DNA of 64,000 nt from Alphaproteobacteria bacterium (GTDB lineage Bacteria; Pseudomonadota; Alphaproteobacteria; JAAXGF01), in the NCBI GenBank assembly GCA_963555825.3, contig CAUVXB020000002.1:2016001-2080000 (forward strand), read 5' to 3'. Numbering within the stretch: position 1 is the stretch's first letter; every line of letters begins with the position of its first letter. Shown piece after piece: positions 22,075 to 34,185 of this stretch. The notes under the pieces were generated by a model. That model was given only the letters and a program-made list of their open reading frames with translations, ran no database searches and had not been told where the DNA came from. The position numbers and the translations under genes are program-made.

Positions 22075-23481
22075 ATGGACGGGCTGATCGGCATGACCGC
22101 GCGACAGGCGGTCGACGCGCTGCGCGAGGGTCGGGTCTCGCCGCTCGAGCTGATCGACGCGGCCGAAGCGCGCATCGCCGCGGTCGACGGCGCGATCAAC
22201 GCGCTGCCGACGCGCTGTTTCGAGCGTGCGCGCGCACACGCGCACCGGCTGATGGCGCTGCCGGTCGCCGAGCGCGGCCTGCTGGCCGGTCTGCCGTTCG
22301 CGGTCAAGGACCTCTCCGACGTCGCCGGCGTGCGCACGACGCGCGGCTCGCCGATCTACGCCGATGCAGTGCCCGAGCGCTCCGACATCATGGTCGAGAC
22401 GCTCGAGGCGCGCGGCGGCATCGTCATCGCCAAGTCGAACACGCCCGAGTTCGGCGCCGGCGCCAACACCTTCAACGAGGTGTTCGGCAAGACGCGGAAC
22501 CCGTGGAACACCGAGTTGACCTGCGGCGGCTCGTCGGGCGGCGCGGCGGCGGCGCTGGCGGCCGGCGAGGTGTGGCTCGCGACCGGCTCGGACCTCGGCG
22601 GCAGCGTGCGCATCCCGGCCGGCTTCTGCTCGGTGGTCGGCCTGCGCCCCGGTCCCGGGCGCATCGCCGGCGGGCCCGATCCGATGCCCTTCGCCGATCA
22701 GTCGGTCAAGGGGCCGATGGCGCGCACCGTCGGCGATGTGGCGCTGATGTTCGACGCCATGCTCGGCGCGCATCCGGAAGACCCGCGCAGCTTCGATCCC
22801 CCCGCGCGGCCGTTCCTCGCCGCGGTCGACGAACCGGTCGCGCCGATGCGCATCGGCTTCAGCCGCGACCTCGGCATCTCGCCGGTCGAGCGCGAGACCG
22901 CCGAGATCTGCGCCGCCGCCGCCGGCCGCTTCGCCGAAATGGGCGCAACGGTCGAGCACGCCTGCCCCAATTTCTCGGGCGCGATCGAGACCTTCCAGAC
23001 GCTGCGCGCATCGCGCTTCGCGGCCACCATGGCCCCGCTCCTCGAAAGCCATCGCGACCAGCTCAAGCCCGAGGTGATCTGGAACATCGAGGCCGGCCTG
23101 GCGCTCTCGGCCGACGACGTCGGTAAGGCCGAACGGATGCGCGCCACGCTGTTCCACCGGGTCGCGGCGTTCTTCGGCGAGCATGACCTGCTTCTGTGCC
23201 CGACCACGGCGGTGCCGCCGTTCGACGTCGACATCCGCTATCTGACCGAGATCGGCGGCGTCGAGTTCGACAACTACGTCGACTGGCTGGCGATTACCTT
23301 TGTGCTGACCCTGACCAGCTGCCCGGTCTTGAGCGTGCCCTGCGGCTTCACGAAGGCCGGTTTGCCGGTCGGCCTGCAGATCGCCGGGCCGCCGCGCGCC
23401 GAGGCCGCCGTGCTTAGCGCCGGCACGCTGTTCGAGGATCTCGCCGGGCTCGCCGGCCGCGTGCCGATCGATCCGCGCTAG
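22075..23481 (+). CDS. Amidase signature family protein
   Basis: AVKDL, GGSSGG, GSDLGGSVRIPA, GLPVGLQI. Confidence 0.92.
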   Translation: MDGLIGMTARQAVDALREGRVSPLELIDAAEARIAAVDGAINALPTRCFERARAHAHRLMALPVAERGLLAGLPFAVKDLSDVAGVRTTRGSPIYADAVPERSDIMVETLEARGGIVIAKSNTPEFGAGANTFNEVFGKTRNPWNTELTCGGSSGGAAAALAAGEVWLATGSDLGGSVRIPAGFCSVVGLRPGPGRIAGGPDPMPFADQSVKGPMARTVGDVALMFDAMLGAHPEDPRSFDPPARPFLAAVDEPVAPMRIGFSRDLGISPVERETAEICAAAAGRFAEMGATVEHACPNFSGAIETFQTLRASRFAATMAPLLESHRDQLKPEVIWNIEAGLALSADDVGKAERMRATLFHRVAAFFGEHDLLLCPTTAVPPFDVDIRYLTEIGGVEFDNYVDWLAITFVLTLTSCPVLSVPCGFTKAGLPVGLQIAGPPRAEAAVLSAGTLFEDLAGLAGRVPIDPR

Positions 23482-23485
23482 AATT

Positions 23486-23598
23486 TTGTCCGGTCACCTT
23501 TGACTCGCGTTAAGCTGACCTGCGCTCAATCGCCGCGCTTGCCAATCGTATGGGATCAAGGGTGGCCGAACGGTCGGCGGCCCGCAGTCGCGGGCTGG
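23486..23598 (+). repeat. Family A repeat, copy 2
   Basis: GGTCACCTTTGAC..GTTAAGCTGACC-TGCGCTCAATCGCCGCGC..TGGCCGAACGGTCGGCGGCCCGCAGTCGCGGGCTGG, immediately after the amidase stop. Confidence 0.9.
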
Positions 23599-23700
23599 AA
23601 GAATCGGTCCATACTCGAGCGATCGGATCATGCGTTGGTCGTTGTAGCGGCGGCGTCGAGCCATTACATATGACGCCGCCCCGACATTTCCCCGCCGGAT

Positions 23701-24438
23701 ATGCTTAACGGATACCTCGCCGCGCTGCGCCAGCTCCCCGACCCGCCGATCCTCGCCGTGATCTGGCGCGTCGCGCTGTGGACCGCACTGATCTTCGGCG
23801 CGCTTGCCTGGGGCCTGATCGTGGCTGTTCTCAGCTTCGACCCGACGTTCAGCTTCGCCTGGGTGCCCTTCGAGTGGCTGCGCGACGCGGTGATCTGGAT
23901 GGCCGAGTTCGTCTTCTGGCTACTCGGCGGCTTCATCTTCTTCGTCGTCTTGTGGCTGTTGTTCGCCGCGATCGTTCAGTTCGTCGCTGGCTATTACCTC
24001 GAGCGCGTCATTGCGGCAGTCGAGGCGCGCCACTTCCCCGACCTGCCGCCGGCGACGCCGCCGACGCTCAGGGCGACGCTCGGCGCCATGCTGCGGCTGT
24101 TCGCCTCGATGCTGCTGTTCAATCTGGTGGCGCTGCCGATCTATTTGATCCCGACCGTCGGCGTTGTCGTCTTCTACGTCCTCAACGGCTATCTGCTGGG
24201 CCGCGAGTATTTCGAGATGGTCGCCATCAGGCGGTGCGACGCGGCAGCGATGCGCGCCATGCGGCGTGCCCATAGCGGCCCGCTGATGGGCGCCGGGTTG
24301 ATCACGACGCTGCTGCTTTCGCTGCCCCTGGTCAACCTGATCGCGCCGATCGTCGCCGCCGCGGCGATGGTGCATATCTACGGGCCGCAGGCGCGCGAGG
24401 CGGGCGTCGCAGCGGCCATCACGGCGCAGCCGTCATGA
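23701..24438 (+). CDS. EI24/CysZ-like membrane protein
   Basis: Several hydrophobic segments; NGYLLGREYFEMVA and PLVNLIAP motifs. Confidence 0.82.
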   Translation: MLNGYLAALRQLPDPPILAVIWRVALWTALIFGALAWGLIVAVLSFDPTFSFAWVPFEWLRDAVIWMAEFVFWLLGGFIFFVVLWLLFAAIVQFVAGYYLERVIAAVEARHFPDLPPATPPTLRATLGAMLRLFASMLLFNLVALPIYLIPTVGVVVFYVLNGYLLGREYFEMVAIRRCDAAAMRAMRRAHSGPLMGAGLITTLLLSLPLVNLIAPIVAAAAMVHIYGPQAREAGVAAAITAQPS

Positions 24439-24929
24439 GAATCCGGGTCGCGATCGCCGGGCTCGCGCTGCTCGTCGCCGGCTGTCCGGCGACCCAGAAC
24501 CCGGCCGGCGCGCCGCCCGAGACCAAGCCGCCCAAGACCCAGCAGATGGTGACGATCGAGCCGGCGCCGGCGCCCACACCCGCCGATCCGGCGGTGGTGA
24601 CTGTCGCGCCGGCCGCCGAGCCCGAGGCGATCGCCCGGTTGCCCGAGGCCGAACCGATCGACGACGACCCGGCGCAGCTCATGGCGCTCGACGGCGCCGC
24701 GCTCGCGGCGCTGCTCGGGCCGCCCGGCCTGTTGCGCGAGGAGCCGCCGGCCGAGGTCTGGCTCTACCGAGGGGCGGGGTGCGCGCTGCATGTTTTCCTC
24801 TACCCCGAGCGCGCCGGCGCGCCGCACCGCGTCACCTACTACGAGGTGCGCGGCGGCAGCAGCGGCACGGCGGCCGAACGCCGCTGCCTGCGCGGCCTTC
24901 TCGCGGCCAAGCGCGGCGCCGCGTCCTAG
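24435..24929 (+). CDS. Putative lipoprotein
   Basis: Lipobox VAGC; LLGPP..R.E..AEVWLY..C.L.VFLY domain; ATGA overlap with upstream gene. Confidence 0.75.
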   Translation: MRIRVAIAGLALLVAGCPATQNPAGAPPETKPPKTQQMVTIEPAPAPTPADPAVVTVAPAAEPEAIARLPEAEPIDDDPAQLMALDGAALAALLGPPGLLREEPPAEVWLYRGAGCALHVFLYPERAGAPHRVTYYEVRGGSSGTAAERRCLRGLLAAKRGAAS

Positions 24930-25199
24930 CCCGGATTTCTCACCAAGGACAGGCGCGTCATCGCGCCGCGCGGAGTCGATCCGCCAGGAGAAGGCCGCAG
25001 AGCATGGCCTGGGCTACGGTCAAGACCTTCGACGACGCGGGCGGCCCGCCCGGCGCGACCCTTAAGGGCGGCGGATCTCGGACGACAGGCCGCGTCGAAG
25101 CGCTTGCCCGATGCGATAGCATCGCGCTGCACGCTTTTCCTAGCCTGTCGGCCGATATCCGCCGTGCCGCACCTGTCCTTGGTGAGAAAGCCGGGCTAG
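24926..25199. mobile_element. MITE family B, copy 1 (~270 bp)
   Basis: Long terminal IRs CTAGCCCGGATTTCTCACCAAGGACAGG / CCTGTCCTTGGTGAGAAAGCCGGGCTAG; homologous to 55993-56269. Confidence 0.82.
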
Positions 25200-25231
25200 A
25201 CGTGGCCATGCCTCGAGCCGCCAGTCTCTCT

Positions 25232-25318
25232 TAAACGTAAGCAGTATACGTTTACATGCGGCCGCGTCGTGAGCGGTCAAGCATGTCATGACCAATAAAT
25301 ATATACTGCTTACGTATT
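25232..25318. repeat. Family C: inverted pair of AT-rich 8-7-8 dyad sites, locus 1
   Basis: TAAACGTA-AGCAGTA-TACGTTTA ... TAAATATA-TACTGCT-TACGTATT. Confidence 0.75.
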
Positions 25319-25329
25319 GTGCGGGTCTC

Positions 25330-25968
25330 TCATTCCGCCGTCGTCTTGCCGCGCCAGCGGCAGAACTCGTTGACCGCGCAGCTCGGGCAGTCGGGTTTGC
25401 GCGCGGTGCAGACGTAGCGGCCGTGCAGGATGAGCCAGTGGTGTGCGTGCTGCTTCCACGTCGCCGGCACGACCTTCTGCAGCTTGTCCTCGACGGCGCG
25501 CGGCGTCTTGGCGGGCGCCAGACCGGTCCGGTTGGAGACCCGGAAGACATGGGTGTCGACCGCGATGGTCGGCTCGCCGAAGGCCGCGTTGAGCACCACC
25601 GACGCCGTCTTTCGCCCGACCCCGGGCAGCGCCTCGAGCGCCTTGCGTTCGCCCGGTACTTCGCCACCGTGCTGGTCGATCAGCTGGTGGCTCAGCGCGA
25701 TGACGTTCTTGGCCTTTGCGTTGTAGAGACCGATCGTCTTGATGTAGCCGCGCAGTCGCTCCTCGCCGAGCGCGACCATCGCCTCGGGCGTGCCGGCGAC
25801 CGCGAACAGCGGGCCGGTCGCCTTGTTGACCGAGACGTCGGTCGCCTGCGCCGAAAGCACCACGGCGACCAGCAGCGTGTAGTGGGTGGAGAATTCGAGC
25901 TCGGTTTCGGGCGCCGGATTAACGACGGCGAGGCGGCGGAAAAATTCACCGACATGGGCGCGTTTCAT
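25330..25968 (-). CDS. nth: Endonuclease III
   Basis: LVAVVLSAQATD, LPGVGRKTA, AVDTHVFRV, C-terminal 4Fe-4S cysteines. Confidence 0.95.
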   Translation of the reverse strand: MKRAHVGEFFRRLAVVNPAPETELEFSTHYTLLVAVVLSAQATDVSVNKATGPLFAVAGTPEAMVALGEERLRGYIKTIGLYNAKAKNVIALSHQLIDQHGGEVPGERKALEALPGVGRKTASVVLNAAFGEPTIAVDTHVFRVSNRTGLAPAKTPRAVEDKLQKVVPATWKQHAHHWLILHGRYVCTARKPDCPSCAVNEFCRWRGKTTAE

Positions 25969-26080
25969 GGCCCGGCACGATAGCCGGGCGCCGGCGCCGC
26001 GCAAAGCACTAACCGGCCGCGCGTCACGCGCGCCAAGCGGGTCTTTGACGGCGCCGGCCGGTGCGCCGTATTGTTCGGCC

Positions 26081-26596
26081 ATGGTCTCTGCCTTGCCGGC
26101 ACCGGCGGCCCGGCCGCCCCTGATGTTCGACGCGGTGCTGACGCCACACCGTTCGCTGACGCGCGTCGGCTTCGCGGTGCTGATCGCCGTGTTCGCGGTG
26201 CTCAGCTTCGCGGTCGGCCTGTTCTTCTTCTTGATGGGCGCCTGGCCGGTGATCGGCTTCTGCGGCCTCGAGGTCGTCGCGCTCTACGCCGCGTTCCGGC
26301 TGAGCTATCGAAGCGGCCGGTTGCGTGAAACGCTACAGCTCTCGGCCGAGCGCCTGACGGTGCGCCGCTTCGCGCCGTCGGGAACCATGCGCGAGTGGCG
26401 CTTCGCGCCGTTCTGGTTGCGCGTCGACATCGACGACCCACCGGCCAACGACAGCCGGTTGACGCTCAGCTCGCACGGCCGCAGCCTGACGGTGGGAGGG
26501 TTCCTCACGGCGCCCGAGCGCTTCGCGCTAGCCCAGGCGTTGCGCGCCGCGCTTGAGCGCCTGCGCGGCGGGGCCAACCCCGCGCCCGCGGCCTGA
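26081..26596 (+). CDS. DUF2244-like integral membrane protein
   Basis: LTPHRSL, GAWPVIGFCGLE; divergent from nth as is usual in Alphaproteobacteria. Confidence 0.82.
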   Translation: MVSALPAPAARPPLMFDAVLTPHRSLTRVGFAVLIAVFAVLSFAVGLFFFLMGAWPVIGFCGLEVVALYAAFRLSYRSGRLRETLQLSAERLTVRRFAPSGTMREWRFAPFWLRVDIDDPPANDSRLTLSSHGRSLTVGGFLTAPERFALAQALRAALERLRGGANPAPAA

Positions 26597-26646
26597 ACGC
26601 GCCGACCCGCGGCAGGCACCCCGACAAGCGAATTCGAGAGGCGAAG

Positions 26647-29061
26647 ATGGAAACCCATGCGAAGGTCGTGGTCATCGGCGGTGGCGTCGTCGGCTGCTCG
26701 ATCCTGTTTCATTTGGCGAAGTTCGGCTGGCCGAACGTCGTGCTGCTTGAGCGCGCCGAGCTGACCTCGGGGTCGAGTTGGCATGCGGCGGGGCAGATTC
26801 ACACGATCAGCTCCGACCCCAACATCTCGCGGCTGCAGGGCTACACGATCAATCTCTACAAGGAGATCGAGGAAACCTCGGGCCAGTCGGTAGGCATGCA
26901 CGAGACCGGCGGCTTCTACCTCGCCTCCAACGAGATTTGGCACGACTACCTCAAGCGCGAGCGTTCCAAGGCACGCTACATGGGCCTCGATCAGGAATTC
27001 ATCTCGGTCGAGGAAGCCGCTCGGCGGCACCCATTGATCGATCCCAGCCGTTACGTCGCCGCGCTGTGGGACCCGCTCGACGGCGACATCGACCCCTCGG
27101 GCGTGACCCATGCCTACGCCAAGTCGGCCCAGCACTACGGCGCCAGCGTCCATAGCCGGACGCCGGTCGTCGAGACCAACCAGCGGCCCGACGGCTCATG
27201 GGACGTCGTCACGCCCTCGGGCACGATCAACGCCGAGATGATCGTCAACGCCGGCGGTCTCTGGGCCCGCGAAGTGGGCCGCCTGGCCGGCCTCGATCTG
27301 CCGGTTCAGCCGATGGAGCACCACTACCTGATCACCGAGGCGATCCCCGAGATCGTCGAGCGTGGCGCGGAGCGGCTACCCGCCGGCATCGACTACGAAG
27401 GCAACATGTACTTCCGGCAGGAACACCAGGGCATGCTGCTCGGCACCTACGAGCCGAGCTCGACGCCGTGGATGGTGGCGGGAACGCCGCAGGCGTTCGG
27501 ACACGAGCTGCTGCCGCCCGATCTCGACCGCATCTCGGAGCGGCTCGAACTCGGCTTCGAGCGCATCCCGGCACTCGGCCGCGCCGGCATCAAGGACGTC
27601 ATCAACGGCCCGTTCACCTTCGGCCCGGACGGCAACCCGTTGATCGGCCCGGTACCCGGCATGCGCAACTACTGGGTCGCGGTCGGCGTCATGGCCGGTT
27701 TCTGCCAGGCCGGCGGCGTCGGTCTCTGCATGGCCGAATGGATGATCGACGGCGAGCCGTCGATCGACGTCTGGGCGATGGACGTCGCCCGCTTCGGCGA
27801 TTTCGCGACGCCTGACTGGGGTACCGTGAAGTCGTCGGAGAACTACGAACGCCGCTTCGTCATGACCTTCCCGAACGAGACACTGCCGAAGGGCCGCCGC
27901 CAGAAGACGACGGCGCTCTACGACCGTTTCGTCGCGCGCGGCGCGGTGATGGGCGACGCCTTCGGTCTCGAATCGGTGCTCTGGTTCGCCGATGGCCCCG
28001 ACGACGCCCACGAGGAGCCGACCTTCCGGCGGTCGCGCGCGCATGACTACGTCGCCGCCGAGGTGAGGGCCGTGCGCGAGGCGGTCGGCGCCGTCGAGAT
28101 CGCCAATTACGCCAAGCACGAATTCACCGGCGACGGCGCGCGCGCGTTTCTCGATCACATCCTGGCGGGGCGGGTGCCGAAGCCGGGGCGGCTGACGCTG
28201 ACGCCGATGCTGACGCCCAAGGGCAAGCTGTACGGCGACCTCACGGTGGCCTGCCTCGACGACGAGACGTTCATGCTGTTCGGCTCCGGCGCCGCGCAGG
28301 AGATGCATCGCCGCTGGTTCGAAGGACGGTTGCCGGAAACCGGCGTCCGCTATCGCAACCGCTCCGACGAGTTTCACGGCATGGCGATTGCCGGCCCGAA
28401 CGCGCGTGAGCTGCTGGCGCGCATCTGCCGCGACGACGTTTCGGGCGAGGCGCTCAGGTTCCGCGATATCCGCCGCAGCTTCGTCGGCGGCGTGCCGGTG
28501 ATCCTGGCGCGGCTTTCGTTCTCGGGCGAGCTGGGTTACGAGATCTACTGCGCGCCGCAATACCAGCTCAGGCTGTTCGAGGCGATCGAGGCAGCCGGCG
28601 CGGACCTCGGCTTGAAGCTCTATGGCGCGCGTGCCCTGATGGCGCTGCGCCTGGAGAAGAACTGGGGCGCCTGGACGCTCGACTTCCGGCCCGATTTCAC
28701 GGCCGCGCAGTCGGGCCTCGACGCCTTCATCGACTGGGACAAGGATTTCGTCGGCAAGGACGCCGCGCTGGCCGAACGCAAGGCCGGTCCGGACAAGAGA
28801 CTGGTCACGCTGGTCGTCGGCACCGAGGACATCGATGTCTCCAACGACGAAGCGATCATGAGGGACGGCGCGGCGGTCGGCTATGTCTCATCGGGCGGCT
28901 ACGCCCACTGGGTCGAAAAGAGTATGGCGCTCGGCTATGTGCCGCCCGAGCTGGCGGCCGACGGCACCGAGGTGGAGATCGAGATCAACGGACGCTTCTA
29001 TCCGGCGACCGTGACGGCGCATCCGCTCTACGACGCCAACGGATCGAAGATGCGCGGCTGA
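26647..29061 (+). CDS. Dimethylglycine dehydrogenase-like FAD oxidoreductase/GcvT fusion
   Basis: [42 protein letters not shown]; 804 aa. Confidence 0.9.
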   Translation: METHAKVVVIGGGVVGCSILFHLAKFGWPNVVLLERAELTSGSSWHAAGQIHTISSDPNISRLQGYTINLYKEIEETSGQSVGMHETGGFYLASNEIWHDYLKRERSKARYMGLDQEFISVEEAARRHPLIDPSRYVAALWDPLDGDIDPSGVTHAYAKSAQHYGASVHSRTPVVETNQRPDGSWDVVTPSGTINAEMIVNAGGLWAREVGRLAGLDLPVQPMEHHYLITEAIPEIVERGAERLPAGIDYEGNMYFRQEHQGMLLGTYEPSSTPWMVAGTPQAFGHELLPPDLDRISERLELGFERIPALGRAGIKDVINGPFTFGPDGNPLIGPVPGMRNYWVAVGVMAGFCQAGGVGLCMAEWMIDGEPSIDVWAMDVARFGDFATPDWGTVKSSENYERRFVMTFPNETLPKGRRQKTTALYDRFVARGAVMGDAFGLESVLWFADGPDDAHEEPTFRRSRAHDYVAAEVRAVREAVGAVEIANYAKHEFTGDGARAFLDHILAGRVPKPGRLTLTPMLTPKGKLYGDLTVACLDDETFMLFGSGAAQEMHRRWFEGRLPETGVRYRNRSDEFHGMAIAGPNARELLARICRDDVSGEALRFRDIRRSFVGGVPVILARLSFSGELGYEIYCAPQYQLRLFEAIEAAGADLGLKLYGARALMALRLEKNWGAWTLDFRPDFTAAQSGLDAFIDWDKDFVGKDAALAERKAGPDKRLVTLVVGTEDIDVSNDEAIMRDGAAVGYVSSGGYAHWVEKSMALGYVPPELAADGTEVEIEINGRFYPATVTAHPLYDANGSKMRG

Positions 29062-29082
29062 ACATCGCGCCGCGCGCTTTAT

Positions 29083-29159
29083 TAAACGCAAGCAGTATAT
29101 ATTTATTCGGCGGCTCCGGCACGGCGCGGCGGTCTTAAAATATATACTGCTTATGTTTA
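29083..29159. repeat. Family C: inverted pair of AT-rich 8-7-8 dyad sites, locus 2
   Basis: TAAACGCA-AGCAGTA-TATATTTA ... AAAATATA-TACTGCT-TATGTTTA. Confidence 0.75.
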
Positions 29160-29171
29160 TTGAGGGTCGAC

Positions 29172-29984
29172 TTAGTCGTCGAGCCCAAGCACGTCGGCCA
29201 TGCCGTAGAGACCGGCCGGCTTGTCGCGCGCCCAGAGCGCGGCGCGCACGGCGCCGCGCGCGTAGATCTCTCGGCTGGTCGCGCGGTGGGTCAACTCGAA
29301 GCGTTCGCCGTCGGCCGCGAAGATCACCGTGTGCTCGCCGACCAGGTCGCCGCCGCGCAATGCAGCCATGCCGATGGCGCCGCGCTGGCGTGGCCCGGTG
29401 ATGCCGTCGCGGCCACGCATCGCCACCGCGTCGAAGTCGACGCCGCGCCCGGCCGCCGCGGCGCGGCCGAGACCGAGCGCGGTGCCCGACGGCGCATCGG
29501 CCTTGTGGCGGTGATGGATCTCGACGATCTCGATGTCGTAGTCGTCATCGAGCGCGGCGGCGACCCGCTCGGTCAGGCGCATCATCAAATTCACGCCGAG
29601 GCTCATGTTGGGCGCCCAGACAATCGCGCAGCCTTGCGCCGCGGCCTCGAGCGCGGCGGCCTGATCGGCGTCGAGCCCGGTCGTGCCGATGACGTGGATC
29701 GTGCCTGCCTGGGCGGCGAGGCGGGCATGTTCGACGGTCGCCGCGGGCGCGGTGAATTCGAGCACCGCGTCGGCGGCCGCGAACAGCGCGGCCGCGTCGT
29801 CGCCGACCGTCACGCCGGCCGCCGCGAGGCCGGCCAGCACGCCGACGTCGGCGCCGATCGCGTCGCTACCGGCCGGCTCGGTGCCGCCGACCAGCGCGCA
29901 ACCCTCGGTGGCGTCGATCTGGCGCACCAGCATGCACCCCATGCGCCCGGCGCAGCCGACGATACCGATCTTCAGCTCAGCCAT
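29172..29984 (-). CDS. dapB: 4-hydroxy-tetrahydrodipicolinate reductase
   Basis: [27 protein letters not shown]. Confidence 0.96.
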   Translation of the reverse strand: MAELKIGIVGCAGRMGCMLVRQIDATEGCALVGGTEPAGSDAIGADVGVLAGLAAAGVTVGDDAAALFAAADAVLEFTAPAATVEHARLAAQAGTIHVIGTTGLDADQAAALEAAAQGCAIVWAPNMSLGVNLMMRLTERVAAALDDDYDIEIVEIHHRHKADAPSGTALGLGRAAAAGRGVDFDAVAMRGRDGITGPRQRGAIGMAALRGGDLVGEHTVIFAADGERFELTHRATSREIYARGAVRAALWARDKPAGLYGMADVLGLDD

Positions 29985-30094
29985 GTCGCCCCCTTGGAAT
30001 TGCAATCCGTCTCACAGGGTATCATGAGGGCAAACGATAACGTCGAATGGACCATGGGTATAGCTTGGTGACGCGGTAGAGGCGGCCGTCGAAG

Positions 30095-31216
30095 CTAGTC
30101 GCGCAGGTCTTCCCAGAATTCTTTGACCTTGTCGAAGAAGCCGGCCGATTCGGGGCTGATCTCGGCGCCGCCCGAGCGCTCGAACTCGCGCAGAATTTCC
30201 TTCTGCTTCTTGTTCAGATTGACCGGCGTCTCGACCACCGCCTCAATGTACATGTCGCCGCGGCCCGCGCCGCGCAGGCCCGACATGCCCTTGCCCTTGA
30301 GACGGAACTGGCGGCCCGACTGGGCGCCCGCCGGGATGGTGACGCGCGCCCGGCCGCCATCGACTGACGGCACCTCGATGGTGCCGCCGAGCGTCGCCGT
30401 GGTCATGGTGATCGGCACCCGGCAATAGGTATCGGCGCCATCGCGCCGGAAGAAGCGGTGCGGCTTGATCGTCAGGAAGATATAGAGATCGCCCGGCGCC
30501 GCGCCGCGCATGCCGGCCTCGCCCTCGCCAGCGAGCCGGATGCGCATGCCGTCGTCGACGCCCTCGGGGATGTTGACCGAAAGCGACTTCTCGCGCCGGG
30601 TGCGGCCGTTGCCGCGGCAAGTGCCGCAGGGGTCGGTGATGATCTGGCCGGCGCCCTGGCAGTTCGCGCAGGTGCGCTCGAGTGTGAATAAGCCCTGCTG
30701 GGTGCGCACCTTGCCGGCGCCGCCGCAGGTACCGCAAGCGCTCGGGCGTGAGCCCGAGGCGGCGCCCGCGCCGCCGCAATCGTCGCACACCACCAGCGTC
30801 GGCACGCGCACCTTGGCGCGCTTGCCGTGGTAGGCCTCCTCCAGCGTGATCTCCATGTTGTAGCGCAGATCCGCGCCGCGCGCCGGGCCGGCCCCGCCGC
30901 GCCGGCCGCCACGGAACTCGCCGAACAGGTCGTCGAAGACGTCGGCGAAGCTGGAGGTGAAGTCGAAGCCGCCGGCATTGGCGCGGGCCTGGTCGAAGGC
31001 GGCGTGGCCGAAGCGGTCGTAGGCTTGGCGCTTCTCGCCGTCCTTCAGGACTTCGTAGGCCTCGGAGGCCTCCCTGAAGGACTTCTCGGCCGCCGCGTCG
31101 TCGGGGTTGCGGTCGGGATGGTGTTTCATCGCGAGCTTGCGATAGGCCCGCTTGATCGCTTCCGCATCGGCATCGCGGCCAACGCCGAGGACCTCGTAAT
31201 AATCGCGCTGAGCCAT
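30095..31216 (-). CDS. dnaJ: Chaperone DnaJ
   Basis: J-domain HPD motif; four CxxCxGxG repeats. Confidence 0.97.
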   Translation of the reverse strand: MAQRDYYEVLGVGRDADAEAIKRAYRKLAMKHHPDRNPDDAAAEKSFREASEAYEVLKDGEKRQAYDRFGHAAFDQARANAGGFDFTSSFADVFDDLFGEFRGGRRGGAGPARGADLRYNMEITLEEAYHGKRAKVRVPTLVVCDDCGGAGAASGSRPSACGTCGGAGKVRTQQGLFTLERTCANCQGAGQIITDPCGTCRGNGRTRREKSLSVNIPEGVDDGMRIRLAGEGEAGMRGAAPGDLYIFLTIKPHRFFRRDGADTYCRVPITMTTATLGGTIEVPSVDGGRARVTIPAGAQSGRQFRLKGKGMSGLRGAGRGDMYIEAVVETPVNLNKKQKEILREFERSGGAEISPESAGFFDKVKEFWEDLRD

Positions 31217-31293
31217 ACCGCTTCACGGACACGCCGTCCCGACGCCGGGCGACCGCCTGCCTCCGCCTGTTCCCGACCGTCCGCCGCCGCGCT

Positions 31294-33234
<1,941 letters not shown>

Positions 33235-33356
33235 TGCGTCCCCTCGAACATATGGCGCCGGCCGTGGTCCTCGCCTCGGGCGTCGCCGAAAAATCCGGTC
33301 ATTCGATCACGTGCCGCCCGGGATACCCCGAAATTCCGCCGGGCCGACGCCGGAAT

Positions 33357-33385
33357 ATATAAGAAGCGCCGGGGGCCGCCGCAAC
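33357..33385 (-). promoter_or_regulatory. Putative RpoH (sigma32) promoter of dnaK
   Basis: GTTGCG-N16-CTTATAT resembles the alphaproteobacterial RpoH consensus CTTG..-CCTATAT. Confidence 0.55.
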
Positions 33386-33425
33386 CCTGGCCCGGCATCG
33401 AGCGTGGCGAAAATGTCGCTGGACC

Positions 33426-34181
33426 TCAGGCCGCGCCATCTTCGGCGGGCTCGGCTGGTTCGGCTGGTTCGGCTGGTTCGGCGGCGCCCTTGGGCGCTCT
33501 GGCGACGCCGACCATGGCCGGGCGCAGCAGCCGGTCGGCGATGGCATAGCCCGGCTGCATGACCTCGACCACGGTGCCGGGCGGCGTTTCGGTGGTTTCG
33601 ACCTCGAACATCGCCTGGTGAAAGTTGTGGTCGAACTTTTCGCCCTTGGGCTCGATGCGCCTGATGCCGTGGCGCTCGACCACCGCGAGGAACTCGCGTT
33701 CGGTCATGTCGATGCCGGCTAGCGTACCGGCCAGCGTCTCGTCGGCGCGCGCCGCCTCGGGCACGCTGTCGATCGCGCGGCGCAGGTTGTCGACCACCGA
33801 CAAGAGGTCGCGGGCGAAGTTGCTGATGGCGTATTTGCCGACGTCCTCGCGCTCGCGCTGGGCGCGCCGGCGGACGTTTTCCGTCTCGGCGAGTGCACGC
33901 AGCAGCGCGCCGCGCAGCTCGGCGACTTCGGCGCGCAGCACGTCCGTTTCGTCCTCGGGCTCGGCCGCGTCGTTGTCAACGGCGTCGGCCTCGTCGGCGT
34001 CGGCCTCGTCGGCGTCGACCGTTGCCGCGTCGGTGTCGGGTCCGAATTGGATCTCTGAGATCACCTCGGCCGGCGCCGCGTCGTCGGCCGAAATATCGCT
34101 CGCCGGTGTCGCGGCCTTGGGCGCCTCGGTTTGTGGCGCTGTCTTGTCGACGTCGTTCATACTGGATTTCCGCTTGCTCAC
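33426..34181 (-). CDS. grpE: Nucleotide exchange factor GrpE (start may be the downstream Met)
   Basis: AETENVRRR, FDHNFHQAM, GY...RLLRPAMV. Confidence 0.94.
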   Translation of the reverse strand: MSKRKSSMNDVDKTAPQTEAPKAATPASDISADDAAPAEVISEIQFGPDTDAATVDADEADADEADAVDNDAAEPEDETDVLRAEVAELRGALLRALAETENVRRRAQREREDVGKYAISNFARDLLSVVDNLRRAIDSVPEAARADETLAGTLAGIDMTEREFLAVVERHGIRRIEPKGEKFDHNFHQAMFEVETTETPPGTVVEVMQPGYAIADRLLRPAMVGVARAPKGAAEPAEPAEPAEPAEDGAA

Positions 34182-34185
34182 GTGA

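Noticed and set aside
25232-25254. Family C site as chromosomal dif or LexA box
   Set aside because: Lacks the XerD arm TTATGTTAAA and matches neither CTGT-N8-ACAG nor GTTC-N7-GTTC.
33441-33483. 9-bp tandem repeat at the grpE 3' end
   Set aside because: Encodes a low-complexity (AEP)n tail; in frame and unremarkable.
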